Source of the DNA: a virus | DNA length: 64,000 nt | Strand: one strand, 5' to 3' | Virus record (IMG/VR): IMGVR_UViG_3300032315_000747 | Location: 17,900-81,899 of that record | Shown here: positions 51,034-57,915 of the stretch, in pieces | Numbering within the stretch: position 1 is the stretch's first letter | Layout: every line of letters starts with the position of its first letter | Notes under the pieces: generated by a model | What the model was told of the DNA's origin: nothing | What the model saw: the letters and a program-made list of their open reading frames with translations, nothing else | Databases searched by the model: none | Position numbers and translations under genes: made by a program

Positions 51034-51924
51034 TTAATTAGCCAAGATGTATGGTTGAGAATTCAAAACATATCTAAGGGTAGAATCCCCAAACATTTTT
51101 TCATATGGGTATCTAAATAACCAATCAAAAGGGCGGTGGCTTGGTTTGTCATGGTACTTCAATCGGTTAGTTTTATCCATCAAAACATATTGATGACTGT
51201 CGTAATGTTCTTTAAACTTCTCAAATCCAGTATACTTCTGCTCCTGTGCTATCACAGGAAACCCGATATCTTGGTATTCAATAACTCGTCGATAATACCC
51301 TAATTCTTCTAATACCATAGTACCAATATGTTTATTAGAATACCTAACATAATTAAGACTGTATGCCAATTCCGGAGTATGCAAGAAAAAATAAGGAATA
51401 GTATTTTTCCCTTCATCCGTCATACTAAATCTATGTATGCCTAATATGGCAGAAGACAGTTCTGCAACATTGCGTGATAGAAAGTTTCCAGAAAAAATAG
51501 AAGTACCGGATAATAGTGTTGCCATTTTTATATGCATAGCTACCTGTGGACTACTACATTGATATTTTCTTGCTATATTGTCATACTCGTTTTCTAAAAA
51601 TCCAAAGTAGTCAAAATCAATGATTTGATACTTTATGTTTTCTTGTTCACAGAATTGAGGTAATGTTTTTATGTCGTGCCAGTTAAAATTTTGGTTATAT
51701 CGAAACGAGATAGCATTGAATGGATGATTCGACTTCTTCCATGCATACAGCATAGCTTGACTATCTATGCCGCCACTCACTAATACATTATAAGGAGCAG
51801 GATAATTTCTTACAATATCGTTTACTGCTTCGATTGCTGCTGACAATGGTGATTTCACGGTTTCTTTAAATTTAGTAACCGTGAAATCTAATAGTTTGCT
51901 ATCGATCTTAACCCAATCATGCAT
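51034..51924 (-). CDS. N-type ATP pyrophosphatase (asparagine synthase/PP-loop-like)
   Basis: VLVSGGIDSQ PP-loop; likely start ATG 51924 just after the subtilase stop. Confidence 0.65.
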   Translation of the reverse strand: MHDWVKIDSKLLDFTVTKFKETVKSPLSAAIEAVNDIVRNYPAPYNVLVSGGIDSQAMLYAWKKSNHPFNAISFRYNQNFNWHDIKTLPQFCEQENIKYQIIDFDYFGFLENEYDNIARKYQCSSPQVAMHIKMATLLSGTSIFSGNFLSRNVAELSSAILGIHRFSMTDEGKNTIPYFFLHTPELAYSLNYVRYSNKHIGTMVLEELGYYRRVIEYQDIGFPVIAQEQKYTGFEKFKEHYDSHQYVLMDKTNRLKYHDKPSHRPFDWLFRYPYEKMFGDSTLRYVLNSQPYILAN

Positions 51925-51931
51925 AGTTACA

Positions 51932-53566
51932 TCATTGGCATCCACATTGTCCAGCTTTTGGAGGATTACATGCACACTCCTGCGAGAAGTCGCAAAATCG
52001 CCCTGCACAATTTTCGGGGCCCCCGAAGGTACAAGGTATGGCCACGTTATCACAATTGTTAAGGTTCAACTGATAAGGAATGATAGGATTTACAGCATAA
52101 GATACATTGTGTATAGGTAAAATTTTCAGAATTACGATTTTGAGGATCCCATCACTGGTATTCCCGTTTACGTCAGTTACACTCAACGAAACCGTATGCT
52201 CTTCCTTCTCCCCTTCTACCGATTCAATGTATCCGCTCAAAATTCCATAATTATTGATGATTAATCCGTTTGGCAGAGGATCATGCAAGGTAACAGAAGA
52301 AACGGTCATGGGATTGAATAAGGTTACTCTGACTGGTGCTCCCGCAAATATTGCAGCGAACAGCAATGGTTCCGATCCTTGTGCATCGTAAGGGCTAACC
52401 ATGTCTGTGATCAAAAGGCTAACCAAATTAGGAGAATTTTGATATTTAGGATCATCTAATAACAATAACCCTCTTTTAGCAAGAAACGATACATTGTTTC
52501 TTGTTGCATTATTCCAGATCGCATTAACCGTATCATCAAACTGAAAAGGAGGCAATGCTACGTTATATGCGATGATCGCAGAATGAATAGCTGCTGACAT
52601 CGAAGTTCCGGAAGAAAAGCCACAACTTCCATCTAATTTAGCAGCGTAAATATCTTCTCCGGGTGCCCATCCCGAAAGCTTGCCGCCGTTAGTACTACCT
52701 GACGTTACGCTAATGGCTGATGTTCCGGTATAATCTGAGAAGTCACACGGTAATAGAGAAGAATTGTATGCCCCGACTACGATTGATTCGGGCATTGCTG
52801 CAGGAGTTACATCACCGATGTCAGACCCATCGTTTCCAGAAGCAACCACGATCTGTATTCCTGCTCGGAACAAGGTCTGCATCTTTGCTTCGATGTATTC
52901 GTTTCTTGCAATTGCCCAGCTACAATTCATTATACCATACGAGGTGTTTGTCGCGAAGTCGTTGTATACCGCGTCCATTGCACCCAAGAAATCACTGAGT
53001 CTAGTAGGAACTTCAGTATCAAACAACTTAACTACTTTGAGTTTTGCATTAGTGATTCCGCAAGTTTTACCTACGATCACACTTGCAAGAGCAGTACCGT
53101 GACCTTTTCTATCAACGAAGTCGTCAGTGAGTGAGTACAAGCATTCGATATCTGCACCTTGGAATTCTGGATGATCCAGCTTGATCCCACTGTCTAGTAG
53201 ATATACGACTGCCCCGGCGCCGCTTAATGGAAGCTGGAAGCTAGGAGCATCTAAGTCTACTACAGACCCACTATAAACTTTCCACCAATCTTTTTGATCG
53301 CTAGTTTGAACTGTCTTGCTGCCTTCAGCAGGAAGGACGGGCATTTGGATAGGAATAGTAGTCAACAGTTTGATGTGATTGGTGTGATCATCATCTTTAA
53401 TATGTTCTACGATGTCACTAGCAGGCGGGACTTCTGAACATTCTACTAGTACTACTTTTTCGAACGCATTGAAGCTCTTGATTATAGATGCTCCGCACGA
53501 ATTTAAGTATGAGTTGATGTCTGCGGCTGTAGCACTATTAACAAAGTCAATAATATATTGTTGCAT
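51932..53566 (-). CDS. S8 subtilisin-like protease with Ig-like domain and Cys-rich tail
   Basis: LLDSGI (Asp), GHGT (His), ASGN, SGTSMSA (Ser); C-terminal 8-Cys tail. Confidence 0.9.
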   Translation of the reverse strand: MQQYIIDFVNSATAADINSYLNSCGASIIKSFNAFEKVVLVECSEVPPASDIVEHIKDDDHTNHIKLLTTIPIQMPVLPAEGSKTVQTSDQKDWWKVYSGSVVDLDAPSFQLPLSGAGAVVYLLDSGIKLDHPEFQGADIECLYSLTDDFVDRKGHGTALASVIVGKTCGITNAKLKVVKLFDTEVPTRLSDFLGAMDAVYNDFATNTSYGIMNCSWAIARNEYIEAKMQTLFRAGIQIVVASGNDGSDIGDVTPAAMPESIVVGAYNSSLLPCDFSDYTGTSAISVTSGSTNGGKLSGWAPGEDIYAAKLDGSCGFSSGTSMSAAIHSAIIAYNVALPPFQFDDTVNAIWNNATRNNVSFLAKRGLLLLDDPKYQNSPNLVSLLITDMVSPYDAQGSEPLLFAAIFAGAPVRVTLFNPMTVSSVTLHDPLPNGLIINNYGILSGYIESVEGEKEEHTVSLSVTDVNGNTSDGILKIVILKILPIHNVSYAVNPIIPYQLNLNNCDNVAIPCTFGGPENCAGRFCDFSQECACNPPKAGQCGCQ

Positions 53567-53581
53567 TGTAGTTAATCCCTA

Positions 53582-53812
53582 TTATCCCTGCTGATTTCTT
53601 TTTACTTTATTCCACTTGCCAACAGGACATTCTGCAAAGGGAAGATATGTTTTCGCCGCCATAATACACTTGCATTGAGTACACTGAGTAGTCAATGAAA
53701 CGAAATGTTCGCATGACTTACAAATGTCGTACCTAACATCTCTTTCCTCTTCGGATAGAGGAGCGGCAGCATCTTTTAAATCCTGGAGTCTCTGTTTAAG
53801 TATTTCTATCAT
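53582..53812 (-). CDS. Small Cys-rich protein
   Basis: R..ICKSCEH...QCTQCKC.M..KT.....CPVGKW; late promoter upstream. Confidence 0.7.
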   Translation of the reverse strand: MIEILKQRLQDLKDAAAPLSEEERDVRYDICKSCEHFVSLTTQCTQCKCIMAAKTYLPFAECPVGKWNKVKRNQQG

Positions 53813-53858
53813 AGATTTATTTATCTTTGTCTCACTGAATGCTATAAATAATTTATGC

Positions 53859-54320
53859 ATGTACTCCACGAATGATATCAAATCAATATCTTTTGCAGAA
53901 ATACTTCCTATATGGAAAAACGATCTATGGCCAAATAGAGTTAGTGAGATCACGGCTACTAGCGCCATGTGTTTTTTAGGAGGATATTCTTACGAAAATA
54001 TGGAGAGTAGTCCAACTTTTCTTGGTTACTTCGTGAACAATGAACTAGTTGGCGTGAACAGCGGACACTATACTAAACATAACGATGGGTATCGTTCTAG
54101 GGGATTATACGTATTTCCCGAATTTAGGCGGCAGGGTATAGGAATCGCATTATTGAAGGCAACTATCGCATGGGCTAAAAACGAAAATGCAACAATGTGC
54201 TGGAGTTATCCAAAATATTCTAGTTGGAAAACATATCAGGCTGCTGGATTTATGTTAGCTAGTGACTGGGAAAAATCAGAAATGAGCGACAAGAATGCAT
54301 ATTGTAGGTTTGAATTTTAG
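53859..54320 (+). CDS. GNAT acetyltransferase
   Basis: RGLYVFPEFRRQGIG; TATAAATA at 53843. Confidence 0.85.
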   Translation: MYSTNDIKSISFAEILPIWKNDLWPNRVSEITATSAMCFLGGYSYENMESSPTFLGYFVNNELVGVNSGHYTKHNDGYRSRGLYVFPEFRRQGIGIALLKATIAWAKNENATMCWSYPKYSSWKTYQAAGFMLASDWEKSEMSDKNAYCRFEF

Positions 54321-54808
54321 TACCATTGCCCTTCATTGCGTATTCTCTTAATGAATGTACAGTATACACTAGTTATACCATAACAACGCAATTTAACAGT
54401 GCTAAGCATGCCTCTATCTACAATCTCAGGCAAATAAACAACACTGTTGTTGTCAATAGGCACGTTTCCAGGAACGATAGTTTGGCCTCCAGTAGAGACT
54501 GTCGGGCTTGCTTCTGTAGCAACATTGCTGAATATGAACACGTTAGGGTATAGCTTTCTAGGCTGTGCTAGTAGATAGTCATATGCATCTTGATTTTGAC
54601 AGTTAAGCCAAAATCGATTGCCTTGTAGATAACGATCAGTGACTTCTACCCAATCATTCTCTCTACCAAGATAGAGTTTATCATTAAATCTCCATACATC
54701 AACCATGCAGGAAAACCCGTTATTGAAGGCTTTGCCTATCTGTCCCGGGGTGTTAGCAGACTCAAAGTTCTGCCCGTCATATATACCTTGGTAGCTGATT
54801 ATTAACAC
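54317..54808 (-). CDS. GDPD/PLC-like phosphodiesterase (divergent)
   Basis: GTG start after TATAAATA; LIISYQG...ANTP...VDVW. Confidence 0.5.
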   Translation of the reverse strand: MLIISYQGIYDGQNFESANTPGQIGKAFNNGFSCMVDVWRFNDKLYLGRENDWVEVTDRYLQGNRFWLNCQNQDAYDYLLAQPRKLYPNVFIFSNVATEASPTVSTGGQTIVPGNVPIDNNSVVYLPEIVDRGMLSTVKLRCYGITSVYCTFIKRIRNEGQWY

Positions 54809-54829
54809 AAATGTATTTATACTAATGTT

Positions 54830-54904
54830 TGGAGCGGGTGAGCGGATTCGAACCGCTGACAGCTTCGTTGGCAACGAAGGGCTCTACCACTGAGCTACAC
54901 CCGC
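54830..54904 (-). tRNA. tRNA-Gly(GCC)
   Basis: Cloverleaf; anticodon loop TTGCCAA; encoded CCA. Confidence 0.95.
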
Positions 54905-55025
54905 ATTAACTTCTAGACACATGGGCCCTGCAAGACTGGATCAGTCATTTATCGGTTCTACCAGCAGTTCACCATGTATACACTATATGCCGTCCCCGGA
55001 ATGTTTCATATAATGTGTCTAATTT

Positions 55026-55106
55026 TGGAGCGGATAGGGAGAGTCGAACTCCGGCCTTTCGGATCAGATTGGAAATCTGATGCGTCCCCCTTACGCAACT
55101 ACCCGC
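55026..55106 (-). tRNA. tRNA-Gly(TCC), atypical 8/4 fold with extended variable arm
   Basis: 8-bp acceptor, 4-bp T-stem, loop TTTCCAA, U73-CCA. Confidence 0.8.
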
Positions 55107-55187
55107 ATTAATTTCAAAATTTACTTAATATACTTGTTCTTGACCTCAATGTCAAGAACTATTTTGCCTATTATTAAAAAAAACACA

Positions 55188-55455
55188 GAAGGAAAAAAGT
55201 AAGTGATAGACTGTGCAATCTGCATCGGTGTCTCATACAAGAACAACCCGTCAAACAACTTACAAGCGACAACGTGCAAAACTAACTTATGCTCAAACCA
55301 CAATGTGCAACAAAATAGGTTTGACTCATGCTAGTATGGAGCGTTTCAAGCGCCTGATCAATGTTTCATTACTGAAACGTAAGTGCCTACTCTCGTCTCT
55401 CTTTTCCTTCCGGGTAGTTTACAGGTACTCTAAGAGTCTAACCTGCATAACTACC
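55188..55455 (-). ncRNA. Candidate structured RNA with UUG repeats
   Basis: 12-bp closing stem (55399-55410 / 55188-55199), upstream long hairpin, about 12 UUG triplets. Confidence 0.5.
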
Positions 55456-55512
55456 AAACTCATCGATGATTGTGATCTACCTTAACGTCGGTTAGACCAA
55501 CAATATGCCCCC

Positions 55513-56076
55513 TTAGAGAATGTTCTCGTTAGTGAGCGTAGCAACAGTTGCATCTGAAAACTCAATTTCAGTGCGGACGTTCAACTCGAGGAGTTCGTCC
55601 TGCAACTTCTGCTTCTGCTTCTTAGTAGAAGCCACGATACCCTTGAAACTTTCAAGCACACTTTCGTTAAAGATAGAAGTGTCGACCTTCTCGTCTCGGT
55701 AAGAATAAGCATCTTCTTTGCGGGTACGAATCTTTTCTAGCTTGCCGTAAATCACAGCGGAATCGGTAATGACCGAAGCCTTTGCATACGTGCTGTAGAA
55801 CTGAAGGTCCTTTTCAAGGCGAGCAACGTCAGCAAGACGGTTATCGATGCCTGTGCTATCATTTGCCGACGCAACAGCCTTACGAATCTCGTAAAGGGCA
55901 TCAAGCAAAGCAATACGCCGAGCGAGGTTGCGAGAAAACTTCGCAGATGCGGCACTAATCTCATTAGCAGCGTCTTGGAACTCGTTGATGCTAGCAAAAG
56001 CATTGAATTCAAGGCCCTTGATAGTTTCGTTGATCGCTACTTGAATAGCGTTGGCCTTGCGTAGATTGATCTTCAT
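55513..56076 (-). CDS. Coiled-coil protein
   Basis: MKINLRKANAIQ...KQKLQDELLELN; AGGA RBS. Confidence 0.75.
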   Translation of the reverse strand: MKINLRKANAIQVAINETIKGLEFNAFASINEFQDAANEISAASAKFSRNLARRIALLDALYEIRKAVASANDSTGIDNRLADVARLEKDLQFYSTYAKASVITDSAVIYGKLEKIRTRKEDAYSYRDEKVDTSIFNESVLESFKGIVASTKKQKQKLQDELLELNVRTEIEFSDATVATLTNENIL

Positions 56077-56151
56077 TTGTGTTTCCTTTGTTTCTATTTT
56101 CTCACTATAGTATAAACGATCACTGTTGTACAGTGTTTTGGGTATTAAAAA

Positions 56152-56226
56152 TGGCGCCGATGAGGGATTGCGACACCCCGACCTTCCGCGTGACAGGCGG
56201 ACGCTCTTCCTCTGAGCTACACCGGC
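56152..56226 (-). tRNA. tRNA-Asp(GTC), non-canonical T-loop
   Basis: Anticodon loop CTGTCAC; T-loop GTCGCAA. Confidence 0.8.
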
Positions 56227-56279
56227 ATTATCTTTTTACACGATACTACAATACGATAGTCAATCGCTTTGGGTAAGTT

Positions 56280-56356
56280 TGGTGACAGTAGTTAGACTCG
56301 AACTAACGACATTTGACGTATGAGGCCAACGCTCTAACCAACTGAGCTATACTGTC
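56280..56356 (-). tRNA. tRNA-Met(CAT), elongator type
   Basis: Loop CTCATAC; paired 1:72, no initiator GGG stem. Confidence 0.9.
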
Positions 56357-56362
56357 ATTGAA

Positions 56363-56438
56363 TGGTACTAGGTATTGGATTTGAACCAATCCACCGAGTT
56401 CCACAAACTCGTGTGCTAACCGCTAACACTAACCTAGC
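56363..56438 (-). tRNA. tRNA-His(GTG)
   Basis: Loop TTGTGGA; G1:U72, A73, no encoded G-1. Confidence 0.92.
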
Positions 56439-56440
56439 TT

Positions 56441-56475
56441 AGATTTAAAAGTCAGATACTCTACCTAACTATACC
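56441..56475 (-). pseudogene. tRNA-Lys(TTT) remnant
   Basis: TAGGTAGAGTATCTGACTTTTAAATC aligns to the D/anticodon region of tRNA-Lys(CTT) at 57182. Confidence 0.55.
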
Positions 56476-56489
56476 AATGATATAAAGAT

Positions 56490-56564
56490 TGGTAGTCGAT
56501 GTAGGTACCGCCCCTACCGTCTCCCGCTTATCAGGCGGGTGCTTTACTTCTAAGCTAATCGACC
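56490..56564 (-). tRNA. tRNA-Ile(GAT), non-canonical D/T loops
   Basis: Loop CTGATAA; T-loop GGCGGTA; D-loop lacks GG. Confidence 0.8.
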
Positions 56565-56609
56565 TTTATTATACTAGAGTTCGAGCGTGACAATTTACTT
56601 TAGTGTACC

Positions 56610-57002
56610 TTAGCAGAAGGTCTTCAATGACTTGATGTCATCACCGATGAAGTCTTCACGAATCGGGCCGATGCCAAGACAAACCGTGGTCGGTTCATCA
56701 AATACCGTGAAGCCCGCGTCCGTTACAAGACTGGTTCCGCATACATTCTTGTATGCTTCTTGCAATGCCTTCAACTCATCAACCGTATCTACGATCAGAG
56801 TGATCTTATATGCATGGTCGCTTTCACGATATGCTCTAGCCTGATCTAGGAATCTCATAGGATCTCCTACAGGACCAGACTTCATAGCATCCCAATAAGC
56901 GTGCAGGTAAGCATGTCCGCTCATCGAAGCAAGTTTGCCACGTATGCCGTTCATTTTCTTTACCGATTCAAGGGCAAAGATAGCGTACATCTTATACTTC
57001 AT
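56610..57002 (-). CDS. Peptidyl-tRNA hydrolase type 2 (Pth2)
   Basis: GKLASMSGHA, KITL, VTDAGFTVF.EPT.VCLGIGP. Confidence 0.85.
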   Translation of the reverse strand: MKYKMYAIFALESVKKMNGIRGKLASMSGHAYLHAYWDAMKSGPVGDPMRFLDQARAYRESDHAYKITLIVDTVDELKALQEAYKNVCGTSLVTDAGFTVFDEPTTVCLGIGPIREDFIGDDIKSLKTFC

Positions 57003-57160
57003 TTATTTTTCTTTCTATTGCCGTAATGCTTTTTCCACGCTTCGTCTGTATAGGCAGGACCGTTTCTACTCAGGAGAAGTTCTCGTTCCTCAGGATCCAT
57101 ACTCACCCATTCTTGACGAGTATATCTCTTACCCGTTTTAGCTAATACTAATCCAGACAT
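56999..57160 (-). CDS. Small hypothetical protein
   Basis: AGGAGGAG RBS before MSGLVLAK. Confidence 0.55.
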   Translation of the reverse strand: MSGLVLAKTGKRYTRQEWVSMDPEERELLLSRNGPAYTDEAWKKHYGNRKKNK

Positions 57161-57181
57161 TTTCTCCTCCTTTCTAATGTT

Positions 57182-57257
57182 TGGTGGGCGCAGCAGGAAT
57201 TGAACCTGCGACATTCTGATTAAGAGTCAGACACTCTACCTACTGAGTTATGCGCCC
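57182..57257 (-). tRNA. tRNA-Lys(CTT)
   Basis: Loop CTCTTAA; CCA. Confidence 0.95.
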
Positions 57258-57368
57258 AAAATTTCTTTGTCTTTACCAAACGTATATCGGCAGTCACACA
57301 TGCATTCTCTTAGCCGATTCGCCCTATGTCATCAGGTGACTTCAATCGGTACCGAGGTGTTTAGTATT

Positions 57369-57450
57369 TGGAGCACCGGGTAGGAATCGAACCTACTCTA
57401 CTTACGAAGCGGATTTGCAGTCCACCGCATTCCCAATCTGCCACCGGTGC
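57369..57450 (-). tRNA. tRNA-Cys(GCA) with 12-nt variable region
   Basis: Loop CTGCAAA; U73; variable region TTCGTAAGTAGA. Confidence 0.88.
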
Positions 57451-57457
57451 ATTATTC

Positions 57458-57709
57458 TTAAGTATACGATGCAAAATCTGCTGCGATTTTGGCATGTCGT
57501 TCATACCAAAGATGGCCGCTACTAACTGCTACGAGATAGTCAGATGCCCAATTTTTAGGATCCTCAATACCATGCCTAGTATCACATTCAATCGCCACTT
57601 TACGAAGACGCTTGATTGCTGCGTTGAGCGTGTTACGATGTGCTTTGGTGTTGCGAAGATCAGTCACTGTCCGCATTGCGGCAGCTAATTCATGTACCGA
57701 ATCGCTCAT
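57458..57709 (-). CDS. Hypothetical early protein
   Basis: AAGGA RBS; early promoter at 57737-57774. Confidence 0.65.
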   Translation of the reverse strand: MSDSVHELAAAMRTVTDLRNTKAHRNTLNAAIKRLRKVAIECDTRHGIEDPKNWASDYLVAVSSGHLWYERHAKIAADFASYT

Positions 57710-57736
57710 GTATCGTTCCTTTGCTCTATTCAATCT

Positions 57737-57774
57737 CTATGATTCAATATAGCAAAACGGGTAACCAATGTCAA
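57737..57774 (-). promoter_or_regulatory. Early promoter repeat
   Basis: Reverse complement TTGACATTGGTTACCCGTTTTGCTATATTGAATCATAG. Confidence 0.75.
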
Positions 57775-57915
57775 CCTTTTTCGAAGGTCTCAGCTAGCTT
57801 GTTGAACTTTTGCATCATCGCATCTCGTTTCGCATACACGACGAATCCTTTGGAACATCATATACTTGATATCCTTATGAAGTCACCACTAACAAGCAGC
57901 TAAACAACCGATTGT

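Noticed and set aside
51034-51924. Calling the SGGIDS protein QueC
   Set aside because: It lacks the QueC C-terminal CxxCxxC Zn motif and lies far from the que operon; kept as a generic PP-loop enzyme.
57270-57360. CTGATGA on the - strand suggesting a hammerhead ribozyme
   Set aside because: No GAAA core or proper stem II; some pairing exists (AGTCAC/GTGACT, ATCGGC/GCCGAT) but not enough to call.
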